In this document: piece by piece, positions 11,153-25,344 of the stretch
Layout: every line of letters begins with the position of its first letter
Numbering within the stretch: the first letter of the stretch is position 1
Assembly: GCA_039621445.1 (NCBI GenBank)
Contig: CP154954.1
Coordinates: 30,012,395-30,076,394, forward strand
Direction of reading: 5' to 3'
DNA: 64,000 bases
Source of the DNA: Euglena gracilis
Lineage: Eukaryota
Notes under the pieces: generated by a model
Told to the model about the DNA's origin: nothing
Database searches by the model: none
Seen by the model: only the letters and a program-made list of their open reading frames with translations
Translations under genes and position numbers: made by a program

Positions 11153-12959
11153 TAAGTTGGGGGATTCCTAATTTGGAGCCCCCAAAATTTGTTTTCGGTG
11201 TTTCCTAATTGGGCCACCGAAAATGTGGTGTTCCCCCCCCCCGTGACCCGAACCACTCTCGAAAAATTTTCCTCAAAAAATGGCGATTTCGCAAGGAAAA
11301 AGGTCAATTTTTGCTTTTTTGAAAAAAACATGTTTTTTGCTTTTTTAAAAAACAAAAAAAAACAAAAAAACGTCAACCCTGATGTTAATGAGATCGACCG
11401 CCTAAGGGGCTTAGAAACACGGTTTTCTTTAGCTGGAAGGGGCCTAACCTCCCCCCCTGGGGGGGGGAGGGTCCAGCTAGCCAGCACGTTTTTTCCAGCT
11501 GGCACCCCCAGCCTCAGGAATCCACTAAAATAAAGTTCAACAAGTTCAACGAGGCAGGGGGAGGGGTTCCTGGCCCTCGGTTTAGTTGGATCATTTTTAT
11601 TGGATTGGAAGGGTCCAGCCCCCCCCCCCCCCCCTCCAGTAAATGGATTGTCTGGATTGTTGTGACCTGGAGCAGTGGAGCCACTTTGAGCAGCAAATGC
11701 CGAAAAGAGACAATTGAGCAGTCAGTGGGGGGGCTGGCAATTGGACCTACCATGCCCCCCCCCCCAATTATGTACCCCCCATTATGTACCTCTTGGGGGA
11801 GGTACATAATGGGGGGGGGTGGATGAACCTGAGAATGAATCAGAACCAACAACTGCCGACCCGCCACCTGTAGATTGTTGTCCCATGAGAGAAAGTCATT
11901 GCGCTTAGTGCCAAAATTGTGCAATCATTGTGTCCTCCCTCCCTATTTTGGTTTCCCAGGGGGAGGTACATGATGGGGTGGGGGGCATGGTAATGTATCC
12001 GGGTTGTCATTTTTTTTAGCCAAAATTTGGAGGTGAAAACCCCAGGACCACCCAAAAAGAAAAGTTTTTTATCAGCATTTTTTGACCTTTTTCCCCCAAA
12101 ATTTTTTGGCGCTTTTCGGTCCAGTCGCCAGGTTGGATGTACGGGAATCACCACTGTTTGTTTTCCACCAAAAGGGCTTGGTATCGTACAAGGGTGTCAA
12201 GTTCTTGAAAACTGTCTTTTGCTACCAAGCCGTTCTGGGGCAAATCCCTTTTGTTTTTGTTGTTTGAGGGCCCTAATATTTTAAAATTCTCCAATTTTTG
12301 TGAATTCTCAAAAAGTTTTTGAGTTTTTCCCCCTCGGCCTGCGTCCAACAAGTTGTGGAACTTTTTGAAAAAGTTTTTAAAACTTTTTCACAAAATCATT
12401 TGAATTTCTTTCTGACATTCGCAAAATACCTTGATAGACTTTTGTGGGGGGGAAATGGCTTGTTTTAATTTGAGACATTCATATGGAATTTTGTGCAATA
12501 AACCCCCAATTAATTGCGATTACCTTCATAATGGGGGGGGGGGAGGGAAATACTTTTTTGAACAAAAAGGTCGATTTAGGGGTAAAAATTGGGAAATGGC
12601 CAATCTGCCACAGTATTTCCGAAAATTGAATGGCCAATCTGGCGTGGGGTATTTGACAAAATCAAATGTCCAATGGGGGGCAGGGTAATCCTTCAGCCAC
12701 CTGAAACGATCAATTGACACAACTTGGCTATTCGTCCCTGAATGGGTGTTTTACCAAACTTGCCTTCTCCGAGGTCATTTTGGTTCATTTGGGGGTGGGT
12801 CGAATTTTTGATTCCAAATGAAAGAATTTTTTTGTTGGGGACACGGATTCAAGCAACAAAGTACCACCTGTTGTTGCGGCGGTGGCTTTGGTGTCAAGTT
12901 CTCACCTTGAGCATCAGGTGTCCCTAAGCTTGTATTTTTGCAGAAATACAAGGTTTTCT

Positions 12960-13860
12960 GATACGAAAACTGTGTCCAGAACGCCGGTTCGGGCCGCGGA
13001 ACTGTGTTCCAGAACCGCCTGAACCGGCGTTCTGCAACACAGTTCCGCGGCCCGAACCGGCGTTCGGACACAGTTTGTTGAAACCGTGGATTAGGGGCTC
13101 TGGCTTCACGCCCGAACCGGCGTTCAAGGAGTCACGGCCAATTTCGCTCTGAATACCCATTTTTTTGAACATTTTTGAGCATTTTTTTGCCTCCTTTGGC
13201 GCATGGCCATGTCGATCGGCCGATTGTAGTTTTCACATATCTGATGCCATGTTGCCCTTCAATCGAAAGCTCTTCTCAAGGGCTTTTGACAGATGGCAAC
13301 AGGATTCAGCCATGATGCACACAGCACTTATTTTCAGCGATTATGTATCCCAAAATTTGACATCTCAATTTGTGAAATCTCACACCTCAGGTGCCATACA
13401 GCATATCAATCGAAACCTCTCCCTGAGACCTTTCGCTTGGCACCCTCAGAACCCAGCCACACTGCACAGCACCCTGAAAATCGTCGATCGCATGTTCCGA
13501 CCCTTTTTGCAAATTCCAAAATCCACTGTTCACCTGCCATGTTGCCCCTTGTTTGAAAGCTCTTCTCAAGAGCTTTCAGCAGATGGCCTTAGATTTCAGC
13601 CGTGCTGCATGGTATTCTATTTCAGAAATTCCCCAAATTTGGTCAAATGGAAACCATTGCACAAAATACCACAATTTCTGGCCAAATACCCCCCAAAAAC
13701 TGCTCAGATATGATTGCCACATGTCCACAAGCCATTTTGGACACTTTTTGGCACTTTTATTTTGGGTCCTCAAGACGTCGGTTTCCCGCCCGAACCGGCG
13801 TTCTGGACGCCGGTTCGGGTGTGAAGCCAGAGCCCCAATACATGGTTTCAACAAAAAATC
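12960..13860. repeat. Interspersed repeat with cccgaaccggcgttc subrepeats at both ends
   Basis: Clusters at 12980-13125 and 13788-13850; internal duplication at 13245/13537; similar motifs at 46160-46295. Confidence 0.55.
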
Positions 13861-14950
13861 ATGCCCTCGACCTTGCTTGTTGCTTTGTTGTTTTTGGGGG
13901 GTTAAATATGTTTTTTGAGAGCAAAAACCAACGGGGGCTCTGTTGCCCCCCCCCCCATTTTCGCGCCGTGAAACGTGTTTGAACCCCTGGTTCCGTTAAA
14001 ACCATTTAACAAAGTCACAGGTTACCCCCATTTTTTGGTGTTTTTAGTGGTCACTGGTTCCGTGCCACAATGTCAAGGCACCCACCTTGTATTTTCTTCC
14101 AACCCATGGCGGTGAAAAAAAGAAAATTGCCGAACCACGCTGCCTTGAAGGCCTTTTCGGAAAATGTTGATATTTGTGGGCAACATGACGTGGTTTATTC
14201 AACTCTTGACAAAGTTTTGGTGGTTGGGCATTGTGGTCAGTTGATGCTGTGGTGGAGGCTTGTCTGAAGGCCAACGGACAAGGCTGGGAAACATGGATGC
14301 TTTCGCTTGACGCCTGTTCATCTTTTCAAACCTAGGTCAATTCGGTCTATCGCCTTTACAAGCTTCAGCTCGCACAGGTTCAGCCATTGTGCTCTCATCA
14401 TTGAAGTAGTTCCCACACTTCAATGACCTCATTGCCCCTCTCATCATGAGTCAAACCGTTGCAAGTTTCAATGGGGAGCCCATCAACAACGTTTTGTTGG
14501 CTGGCGAGCTCCTTTCCTATCCCCTTGTTGCTCCCGGAAGGAAACAATCCCCATTTTCTGTGCTCACGAAAAGTGTTCATGGTCACCCCCAAGGGGGGAT
14601 GGTACCCCCCCCCCCCTCTCTGAGGGGCTCACACCATCCCCCCCCCCTCCCCCCAAGCCGGACCCCCTCGTTACGCCACCAGTCACATTTTTAATTTTGC
14701 AACCATGCTACACCCCTCCCCCTCCGAGACCCCCTCGCCACGCCATTTACCCCCCTCCCCCCCCCCTATTCGGACCCCCTCGCCACAGCGTACCAACCCC
14801 CCAAGGGCACCCGTGAGATGTTCACAATTTCACCCATGAACGTTAAATGTTTTTCTCTTGAGAAGGGTTTTGATCGAGGGGCACCATGTTCGCTTAGATG
14901 TTGAATCCACAAATTCGAATTGACAAATTTGCCATGCCCCCCCCCCCCAA

Positions 14951-16150
14951 GCTATTCCCCCCCCCCTGAGCAGGTACCTATGCCGACCGCAGCCGACCGC
15001 AGCCGACCGCAGCCGACCGCAGCCGACCGCAGCCGACCGCAGCCGACCGCGCAACTTTTTTCTAATCGATGTCAATTTTTCAGTGAGAATGAGGAATTAG
15101 GTTCATTTTTATCCCAGATGTTGAGATTTTTCTGGCTCATCTGGCTCATGTTGTCATTTTTGGCCACTTTTGGCCACTTTTGGCCATTTTTGATCGCTTT
15201 TGTCCCCTTTTGGCCCATTTGTCACCATAATTCACACATTTTGACCTATTTTGACAATTTTTGGCCACTTTTTGCTTACTTCTTGTAATTTTGGGCCATT
15301 TTGTCCTGCTCTTGGGCCATTTTGGGCCATTTTTGACCATTTAAAGCCATTTTCGACCTTTTCTTTTGTTATTTTTGCCCATTTTTTGGTCTCTTTTTGG
15401 TCCAATTTGACCATTTTGAGCATTTTGCGCCAGTTTGTTGCCAAAAGTGAACAAAAGCTGCTAAAGTGACCCAAATTGGCCAAAAGCAGGGTCATTTTGG
15501 GCCATTTTTGGCATTTTTTTTGGACCACTTTGGGCATTTTTTTTTGTTATTTTTGCCTGCTTTTGGAACTTTTGGCTTGGCCATTTTAACCAATTTTTTT
15601 GGCACTTTTACGCCATTTTTAGGTCACGTTTGACAGCTCTTGATGTCAAAAGCAACAAAAAGACGTTTAAAGTGGCCTGAAAGTGGCCAGAAGTGGGTAA
15701 AAATGGCCAACAGCAGAGAAAAGTGGTCAAAAGTGGGTTAAAGAGGCCAAAAGTGGTCAAAAGAGGTCAAGGCAAAGCAAAAGCTGACCAAAAGCAGCCA
15801 AAGCCCAGCAAAAAGTGGGCAAAAGCAACAAAAGTGACCAAAAGGAAGCAAAAGGCAGGAAATAATGGGCAAAGGCGGCAAAAATCGACCAAAAGTCAGC
15901 AACAGTGGCCAAAAGCATCAAAAACTGGCCAAAAGCAGCCAAAAGTGGCCAAAAGTCGGCAACAGTGGATTGTGTGATTGTGATATATGCTCATTTTTTG
16001 TTGGCCTGCCCCCCACCTCCAGCCAACTACTCTGCCGACCGCTGCCGACCGCAGCCGACCGCAGCCGACCGCGGGTTAAAATTTGGAATCTGTCATAGGT
16101 GCTTGCCCCTGAGGTATTCCCTTGGGGGGGGGGGGGGGGGGGGGAATAGC
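14951..16150. mobile_element. TIR element with (gccgaccgca)n and inverted ttttggcc/ggccaaaa arrays
   Basis: Ends gctattccccc / gggggaatagc; inner IR gagcaggtacctatg / cataggtgcttgccc; 10-bp tandem repeat at 14982-15050 and 16035-16072. Confidence 0.65.
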
Positions 16151-18379
16151 CCAGGGGGTGGTTCGGGACACAGGGGGACGTGGGGGGGGGACTGTCCCCC
16201 CACATGTTTTCTTTGACATCACTCAAATTTGTGTGTATTTTTCCTTTGGTTGACAAAAAAGATGTGCCAAATGTGCCAAAATCCGGGACACAGGGGGGGA
16301 CGCGGGGGCAGGACGCGGGGGGAACACCCCCTGTCATAGCACTTTTTACGAAGAAAACCCCAAAAAGTTTCAAAAAATGACGTTTTGGGCCGTTTTCAAA
16401 AATCACTTTTTGGCAAATGTGCTTGAAATTATCAAAGAGTCCTTCCCGAAACCCCAACTGCGTTGTCGATGTTACAATGGGCCAAGGATGGGGTTGGTAA
16501 ATTGAGTTAATGAATGAAAGTGAATGAAAATGGAAATCAGTGATGAATGAAAGAATGAAGTGAATGCATTTTCTTATTTGAACAATTTCCACCGTGGTCA
16601 CCAATGGAGCCCAGGTACATGGGGGCAGGGGGGCTGGGACCCCCCCCTGTTCACTTCAGAACTGAATTGGACATGTTGACTTCCCGGAGGGGGGGGGTCT
16701 AGTGTCGAAGGCGCCGATTTTTTTTATTTGAAAAAGTGCCTTAATCGGTGTGCGCCCGTCGTTCCGATTTTCGTTTTTTTCCCGAAGCGAACAAGTATGG
16801 CCAGGAACACGGAGGGGGGGGGTCACGGGACCCCCCCTGTTCACTTCCAAAGTGAACTGAACAAGGGGGGGTGGAGGGGGTGGGGTTCCGTGGTCCCAAA
16901 GTGGACTACCTAGCCTCCAATGAACACTTTCGGGTTCAAGGGTACCCATGGAGACGCCCAAGGGGCACAAAAGCCTCAAATTCATCCACGGATCTGCAGT
17001 GGGAGGGTTCGGGCACATCTATTAGGTTCACGGCATGCTCGGCACCAAACATATATTTCTGACAGAGATAACCGCATATGGTTTTAGTTTCAGATTCCGT
17101 TCACAGGTGTCCTTGGGGGTTACGATGAACGGAGGAAAACACCAACGTACTCTTTGTCTTCTAGGATACCATGTATGCTTTAGCCTTCATTCTTTTTTTC
17201 CTTCCTGGATGTCATTCGCGTCTTTTTTCTTTACCCCCTTGCTCTCATATTCGTGGCATGTCCATACAGAATATTTGATGATAATTCCTTTATGCCCTTT
17301 TGTTGACGTTGACTATGACTTTCTCAAAAAGAGATAGCCTTGTCCAAGCTCTCTCTCCCCAAATACATTTTTGCTGGCCGTCACATGGATTTTTTTTTGC
17401 AGAGGGATTTTTGTATTTTGTTGAAGAAAGGAAAGGATTTTTGCCTCCAACCCAACTCCGGGAAAATGAGCTTCCACTCAATGACATTCTTTTGGGGTTT
17501 GGCATGAGACCCAATCAAGTGATACCCCAATGGAACAAAAATTCAAAGGTTAAAGGGGGGTCGGCACCTCTCCCCACCGAGTACCTTACCATGCCATTTT
17601 GCCACCTCCCCCCGTTTCGGCTTGAGGAAGTGTTTTCATCCGTTCAGGATGTCTTTTTTTTTTGGCAACAACGTCTCTTTTTGCCCCTTCAAATGTGTTG
17701 AGGTGGTTTTCCTACCCCCCCCCCCCCAAACTATTTCCCTCCGCATTATTACTGGACTTGCCACGGCCTGATTTCTCTGCTGCTTTGGCAGCTGCTGAAA
17801 AATGTTCATTCTTGAATTCCAGAAAGGTGTTGATTGAGTCAAAGGAATAAAGGAATGTTAAAAAGAAATAGTTTTGTTTTCAGCATTCGCTCCCCTCCCC
17901 TTTGAATCAGCTTCTGCTTAAGGGTTCGCGGTATTCCCCCCAGGGGGTGCGGCTAGTCCAAATTTGGCTGTTGGAAATCCTAGTCGAGGGGGTCGGTGAT
18001 TACCATCACCCCCCCTAAACGATCCCCCCCCCTGAGTGCTCCGGGGTCTGGCTGGAAGGTCCAGCAGGAACATTGATAAAATTTTTCGTAAGTTAAAATG
18101 GTCATAAAACACCTAATTTTTTTTGAGAATTTTCCGAAAAATTTTTGACCTGATGGAAAAAATGGTGTAGATCACGAATTTCACACAAAACTTCCCCCAA
18201 AAATGGTGGGGGGTGGTGTCAAGATTTTGGGGTCCTGGGGTCCTGGCCATGACAAAAGGGGGTCGGTCATTTATGGGGGGGGTCATGGTACACACTGGAG
18301 CAAAAGTCCTTACGAGGTCCTCTAATTCCTTGCCTAATTGAAGCCAATATGACTTTGTGTGTGTATCAGATTTTTGAAA

Positions 18380-19050
18380 TTCCAAGCTGGAGCCCCAAAA
18401 CTATTTAAGTTTCAAATGCCTTGTAAGCATCCCCCAAAATGATTTTTTTCAAGAATGAATTGATTATTTTTTCCCAAAACACATTTTTCAGCCGGATGCA
18501 AAGTTCAAAATGTTTCAAGTTCTAAACAGGACCTTCACAAATTGCCAGGACAACAAATTTGAGAATCTGGAATTCGAGATATTTTAACAAGGAAAAATCT
18601 GACCAAGCATGGGTGGATATCACCCATCACAATCAACACAGTTCTGTGACTGCAAGGCAAACCAAGGCGGAGGACTCCTGATGTGCTCGATTGCCCATTA
18701 GCGTTCAGCCCATCAATGGAGCTTCCACGGGGACTCACCTGTCTTCTACTTTTTTTTTTTGATGAGATATACACAAGACGCTGCAAACAAGCTCAAATTA
18801 GAAAATTCATTTTGAGGTTGGAAATTTGCATTGTGCTGCCCACCTTGGACACATTTTGGGAAGGGATGCTTCATTTATAAGTTCGCCATGATTTTGTTCA
18901 AAGCCGTGGGATTTATTCTCCCCCCAAGGAATTGAAAGACCCAGAAGCCTTTTTCAGTTTTTTTCCTTTTCTTTCACACGCATGCCTTCAGGGCAACCCA
19001 TGCTGTTCCATTCATTCAATGATTTGAATGTCCAGATGCTGTAAATTGGG
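18380..19050 (-). mobile_element. Highly decayed DIRS tyrosine-recombinase fragment
   Basis: KISRIPDSQICCP resembles EIPQIPSCPNICP of the recombinase at ~42.8 kb; many stops. Confidence 0.35.
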
Positions 19051-20734
19051 TCAAAATTCTTTAATCAGGTAACACAACAGTGAAAGAAGATGTGTCCCAT
19101 AGGAGGGAGGAAAATTTTAAGGATCTTAGGCGGCGTCAATTTCCGTCATTGTTTTTTTGGCGGTGCATTCAGGGAGAAATTGATATCTGCATTTTTTCCC
19201 GCATTTTCTGCAATTTTCCGCAATGTCCACAATTTTCTGCAAGTTTCGCATTTTTTTTCCTGCTTGAACCTGAGATGGAAGGCCGAATGAGTTTTGGCCA
19301 TTTTTTGAAGATTTCACAAGGGAACCCAGGTTTTTTTTTCATTTTTGTTGCAAATTTGCCAAAATTTGCTGAATTTTACAAATTTTAACATTTAATTCAA
19401 TATTGCAAAATTGACAAATTTTAATATTTGGCCATTTCTTGGGGGTTTTTAGGTGTTTCCCTGATTTCCGCTGGAATTTGACCAGATTTTACCTGAAACC
19501 AAACTTTTCGTCAACTTATCATTCTTTTGGTCATTTTTGGTTTTTTTCAGCAAACAAATTCCATTTCTCTTAAATCAGCATGTTCCCAAAATTACAAAAA
19601 GCATGTTTTTGGACCTTTTTGTTGGAAAAGGTGTGAGTAACAGCTCAAGATGCACACCAATGTTGCAAAATAAATTGTGAAATTTTGCTAAGTCCCCTCC
19701 AGCAAAAGTGTGCATTCCCAAAAGCCGCAATTTCCGTAATTTTTCTGCAATTTCCGTAATTTGTTCAATTTTTGCATAGGTTTTCGGCAGTTTTTCCGCA
19801 ATTTTCCCTCCCACCGTGCATTCTGTTTCTGCAAAAGTTTTTGGAACCAGGTGCAGAACCCCCGAAAAAATTTTTAAATGTATTTTTTTTGTAATGGACC
19901 CATAACACGTGGATGCTCTCACCACAACATGAATGCGAGGACTTGCTGTGGCAGTCGGAAATCATTTTGAGAATTGTGGACAATTTTTTTTTAAATACAG
20001 CATGCACCGCAAAACTATGTACCACGGTGCATAGTTTTGTGTTTTGGAACTTTTTTGGCCTGTCAAAAATATGTTTCATTTCACAAATGTATGAGGGTGG
20101 AGTTTGACCCGGCTATGAGGGTGAGCATGAAATTTTGCATGAGAAATTTTCGGCTCCATTAGAATGTTGCATTCTTACTCCTCAGAGCACAGTGTTGGAA
20201 AACGGGTCTCAACGTTCACCTTCGTCGAAAACTGGAATAATGCCTCATTTTGGCCTTTTTTTTTGGAACCTGAGGGGGGTGAATGCCACTTTCCTACTCC
20301 CAGGTTTTTTGCCTTTTATTTTTTTGCGGTCTTTGACCCCCCTTCTTGAATTGTGAAATTTGGCAAAAAATTGAAAATATGTTTTAGGAGCTCCAACTCC
20401 GCTTGGAGTTCAGTTAATTTGTGTGGTCATTTTTGCCATTTAAGGCCCTTGGTTTTTCCCTGCTACAAAATTTTCTTTGGCCAGTTTTACCTCAGCAAAG
20501 AAGAATGCAACGTAGGACCATGGGTGGCAGCACGTTTAAAATATACTTGAAAAACACTTTTTTCAAAAAAATATGATGTTTTCAAACAAATATAAAAAGG
20601 CAAAAAGGCCTTGAGGGTTGTGTCCCCTGTCTTCAACCATTGAGGGTTGTGTCCCCAAATGCTTTCCACAAGAGAATTCATGGAAGTTGAAAATTGATGG
20701 AAGTGATGGAATTTATTTTTGGCTGTATTCAGTC

Positions 20735-20981
20735 CAGGGTATTTCTTAAGCCGGAGGGTACCCCCCCCCCCCCCGGGGGGGGTCCAGCCAACCAGCAGCT
20801 CAAATCCAGCCAGCAGCCCAAATTCGGGCTGGGAGCGGGGGGGGGGGTCGAGTGAAATAAAGTTGGGTCCAGCCTGGCTGGAGGCCGGCCAGCTGGCGGC
20901 AGGCTGGCCAGCCAACTGGGCTGCCCAGCTCACCTATCCCTGCATTTTTTTCCCCTCATCACAGCTTCCTCCATCACAGCC
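20735..20981. mobile_element. Truncated copy of the 25441-25940 MITE family
   Basis: Starts cagggtatttcttaagccggagggtaccc; high identity to 25441-25703. Confidence 0.8.
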
Positions 20982-21139
20982 ATACTGGACAAGATGCAGA
21001 TACTGGACAAGATGTAGATGGACAAGATGGGGTGCCACCCTCCACCCTCCAGCACAACAACTGTTTTGGACTTTGTTTGTCTGACCGGCAAGAGGCTTGC
21101 AACTTGCACTCGATGTTGCCATCTCACAGGCTTGCACCA

Positions 21140-21806
21140 CATCCGGCAAAAAGCAGCAAAAGTGGTCAAAAAGTGGTAAAAAAGCAGGCAAAAGTGGGGT
21201 AAAAGTGGTCAGAAAGCAGCGAAAGTGGTAAAAAAGTGGGCAAAAGTGGACAAAAGTGGTCAAAAGCAGCAAAAGTGGGCAAAAAAAAGTGAAAGTGATC
21301 AAAAAGCAGCAACAATGGCCAAAGGTGGGCAAAAAGTAGCAAACGTGGGCAAAAAGTAGCAAACGTGGGCAAAAGTGGTCGAAAAGCAACAAAAGTTGTC
21401 AAAAGTGGTCAAAAAGCAGGCAAAAAAGGCCAAAGGTGGTCAAAAAGCAGCAAAAGTGATCAAAAAGCCGCAAAGGTGGTTGGACATGGGCAAAGGTGGG
21501 CAAAGGTGGGCAAAAAGCAGCAAAAGTGGTCAAGAAGCAGTGAAAATTGGTCAAAAGGCAGCAAATGTGGGCAACAGTGGTCAAAAAGCAGTCAAAAGTG
21601 GTCAAAGTGGTCAAAAAGCAGTCAAAAGTGGTCAAAGTGGTCAAAGTGGTCAAAAAGCAACCAAAGATGGCCAAAAGCAACCAAAAGTGGGCTAGAGCGG
21701 CAAAAGCAGCAGGCATTATAGGTACACCTTCAAGGGCTCCAAAGGCGATGCTGGGCGATGCTGGGCGATGCTGGGCGATGCTGGGCGATGCTGGGCGATG
21801 CTGGGC
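21140..21806. repeat. aaaagtggtc low-complexity array followed by (gcgatgctgg)x6
   Basis: Directly visible; the 10-bp tandem lies at 21744-21806. Confidence 0.85.
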
Positions 21807-22610
21807 CCGGCATGGCTGACCAGAGGTGCTTGCCGGGGGGGCCCCACCCCAGGGTGGGTGGGTGCCGACCCCCTCCCCCCGTCTTAAAAACCCCTGGGGA
21901 GCTCTTAAAGGATTTAACATGCAAATTTGCTTTTTTGCACTTTTTGTGTTTTTTTTTTCTGTGTTTATTTGTCTTTTATTGTTTGTTTTTTTCGCTTTTT
22001 TCGTGCTCTTTTTTTTGAGGGTCCATGTTCCGTTCTTTCCCTGCCCTCAGATACAGGGGAGGGCCCCTCGCTGGGCCGGGTGGGTGGGACCCCCTCCCCC
22101 TGGGACTTTAAAAACAAGGTGGGTCCTACTGCCGGGCTGGACCCGGCTGGCACCCGAAAACAGGCAAGAAGGCCCCAAATCCAGTTTTTTTTCAGCTAAA
22201 AAGTTGCTCAGACAAAGGCCACATGTGGCTTTTTAAACCCTTTTTTTTCATTTTCAATTTTCGACGCTTTGCTGAAATTTTCAATCCAGCCCGGTTTTGC
22301 TGGGCTGCAAAAACGTTCCACTTGACCTGGGGGGAGCTGCAGCCTGACTTGAACCAGCCAGAAAAACAGCTAAAAAAGATGCCTGGACCCCCAGAAACTC
22401 CCTGAGAGGAGGGCTGAATTGCAGTTAGCAAGTGTAACTCCAGGTGCGACAGCGGGCCCGAACCCCCTGCTGGTGGAATTGTTCTATTTTGAACTGGGTG
22501 GAGTGCATCTCGCAAGGCTTTATGTTAACAATTAGTGGAAATCCCCCCAAATACCTCCCCCCTGCCGGCTATGTTTCTGTCAGAGCCAAACAAACCCCTG
22601 TCACAGCCAC

Positions 22611-25225
22611 CCACAGAGATCTCTGGGAAGACCTTTGGTTTGAGGTTGTAGGGGGGTCTGACCCCACACCATTAAACCCCCCCCACTTATAACCCCCCCG
22701 GGGTTTAATGGATCCGGTTTGGTTGGTCGGCCGAAGGGGGGGGGTTTACAAGTGGGGGTTTTATAGGATCCGGAATTGTTGGGTGAAAATCCGACCCCCA
22801 AAATGACCCCGAAACACCCCCAAATTGGCAATTTTCGACAAATTTGGTCAAAAATGGCATTTTTGATGATGGTCGGTCTTAAAAGTTTGCCAAAAAATCA
22901 GTTTTTGGTTAGTTTGGGGCCGGAAAAATCGTCCCTGGCGGTTTCCATTTCTCTCTCCCCAGGGGGAGGGGCTTATAGGATCCGGTTTGGTTGGTCGGCA
23001 TTTTGGCAATTTGGATTTGTTTTTTTGTGAATTTGGGGGCACTTTGACAAACTTGGGTCAAAATTGAGCTAATTTGTGGCTTTTGGGATTTGTTTGGTCA
23101 AATGAGCAAGTGCATAATATTTCAGGTCATTTTATACCATTTTGTCTTTTTTTGTAGCCGTTGTTGGCTATAATTTCTTTTGGGTCATTTCGACTATTTT
23201 GGATCGTTTTACGCCACTCTTTATCTTCGTGATTATTTTCGCTCATTTTGACTGGTCGTTTGTGGTGATTTTGGATTGGTTGGGAGCCATTTAAAAATAT
23301 TTATTATTTCAAAAAGTCCACAAAGCGACGCACTATGCGACGCACTTGACCTGGATTCCACATGTCCGGAATGTGCTTTCGGTTCTATGTTTGCTCATTT
23401 TGCACACTTTTCAGGGAATTTTGGAATTTTGACATCAGTGATAAATTTCAGAAATTGGCCATTTTTGTCACATATCTCTGTATCTCTGATGACAACTTTC
23501 AAAACCACCCACCTGGATAATATTTCTCATTCTCATTCCGAACCCAGTTGGATGTGTTTTGATGCAAATTTGCCACATTTGAGGCATTTTGGGGGTTTTT
23601 ATGGCTCTTTTTTGTGAGATTTTATGACATTTTATAGACATAGGGGTGACATAGAGGTTGAGGTGGGTCAGATAGAGGTAGAGGTTTTGACCTCGAACTC
23701 TACCTCAATCCAAATTTCTTGACGGTCCACAAATCAACATTGGTGAGGGTGCTGTTTCTGCCTTGGTCCGATACTGGGCAAAGGGGACAAAGAAAAAAAC
23801 ATCTGTAAACAAAATTGTCACCGAATTGGCACGTGATCCGTCAACAAAAGCAAATTGACAAAAATCGGCGAAATACGAAAGACATGGTTTCATTGAGGCA
23901 TCCATGGGGAAAAAGAAAAGCGCAAACAAAGACTCACAAGACAAACACTCACAAGACATGCAACAACCAAGACGAAGAAAATGTGGCATTGCTTAGCACC
24001 AAAACACCTGCCATGTGGTTTGCTAGGAAGACAAATTTAAAGCCAACCAAAATTTTTGCACTGCAGTGCATAAAAATAAATCAAAAGGTGAACAGCAAAT
24101 GATTCTCCTTTGAAAAAACCTGGTCTGAAGAAATCAGGAAATCCACCCCATTTCCAAGCAAATGTGGAATCCTACCTTTTGGAAACCTTGGCCTCTGCGG
24201 AGGCTGGTTACCTTGGAGCCTCCGCGGAGGCTGGTTCCCTTGGAGCCTCCGCGGAGGCAACCAATTTTGTACGTGGGCCACGTCTGAAAAAAGAAAAATA
24301 TTTTACGGGTTGACGCCAACCTCTCCCCACTGCCCCCACATTAATGCCCAGAGGAAGAGGAATTATATTCTATTTTTTTCACCCCCAACTCCACAAACAT
24401 TTTTTCCCCGTTTTTCCACATATCCCTGAAAAATTTTATATTTTGTTTAGACTCCAACACCGCCCACATTCCCCACAAAAAAACAAAACTTTTTTCCCTC
24501 TCACACGACCCCATACCCCCCCATTTGCCACAAAAACAACATGTCTGCCTGATGTGGCACAGACCGTTCACCCGTTTGCCATTTACACCATGTCTGCCAA
24601 ACTTGTTCGAAATCATTTATCAATTGCCACAAAAAATGACATGTCCACCTGATTTTGCCTTTATCGTTTACCTGATTGCTATTTACGCCATGTCCACCAA
24701 ATTTTGTCACAAAAGGACATTGTTATTGGGGAGCGGGGGAGGGGGGAGGGGGTAGGGGTAGGGGGGAAAGGGGAGGGGGGGTGGGGGGAGGGGGGTCCGG
24801 GGGGGGAGGGGGGCGGGGGGAGGGAGCCGCAGGCCCCCCCCCCCCCCCCCTTTCCCCTCCCCCCCCCCTCCCCCTCCCCCAGCCCCCCTCCCCACAGGCA
24901 CAGCCAAATGGGCGCCACTTTGTATTTCACGTCACCTTTTTTTTTTTTTTTTACATGACATCCATGCTGACAACATGACATCTGTGCAGTTTGCCTACCA
25001 CCTCCCCCTCATGTGACTGTTGGTTCACCTGGTAGAAGATGCAGTACAATCCGGGATCAAAAGTTGAGACAAATCTCAGCGGGCTCTGGATAATTTTGGT
25101 GCAATTCTGGCTGAATAAATTAATTTTCAGTTTCGTTTTAAACTGTATGTTGCCTCCCAAAGTCCGTGATTTTTTTTGTATCCTCTGTGCAAATGGGCAG
25201 AAAACGGACAGGTTCTCACTGGTTC
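22611..25225 (+). CDS. Candidate upstream exons encoding a degenerate TylF-like domain
   Basis: Islands between repeats: HRDLWEDLWFE (22611-22644), DALCDALDLDSTCPEC (from 23327), DGPQINIGEGAVSALV (23721-23768), HLVEDAVQSGIK (25026-25061), ILCANGQKTDRF (~25180-25215). The IG..VED spacing matches the TylF consensus. Confidence 0.4.
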
Positions 25226-25344
25226 GGAAGCGGATGATCTGACACTGAGTGAAGTCGCCGTGTTTGACATTGAATAATGGTTCTCTTTATAACTCAAAAG
25301 AACAAATTTCCGTTCATTTCCAAGTTCACAACATGTTCTGGCAA

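Noticed and set aside
15100-16000. KWPK/KSGQ-rich ORFs (also 21140-21720)
   Set aside because: Low-complexity repeat translations, open in several frames on both strands.
17035-18385. Coding-like fragments
   Set aside because: Probably decayed TE ORFs; no motif could be assigned.
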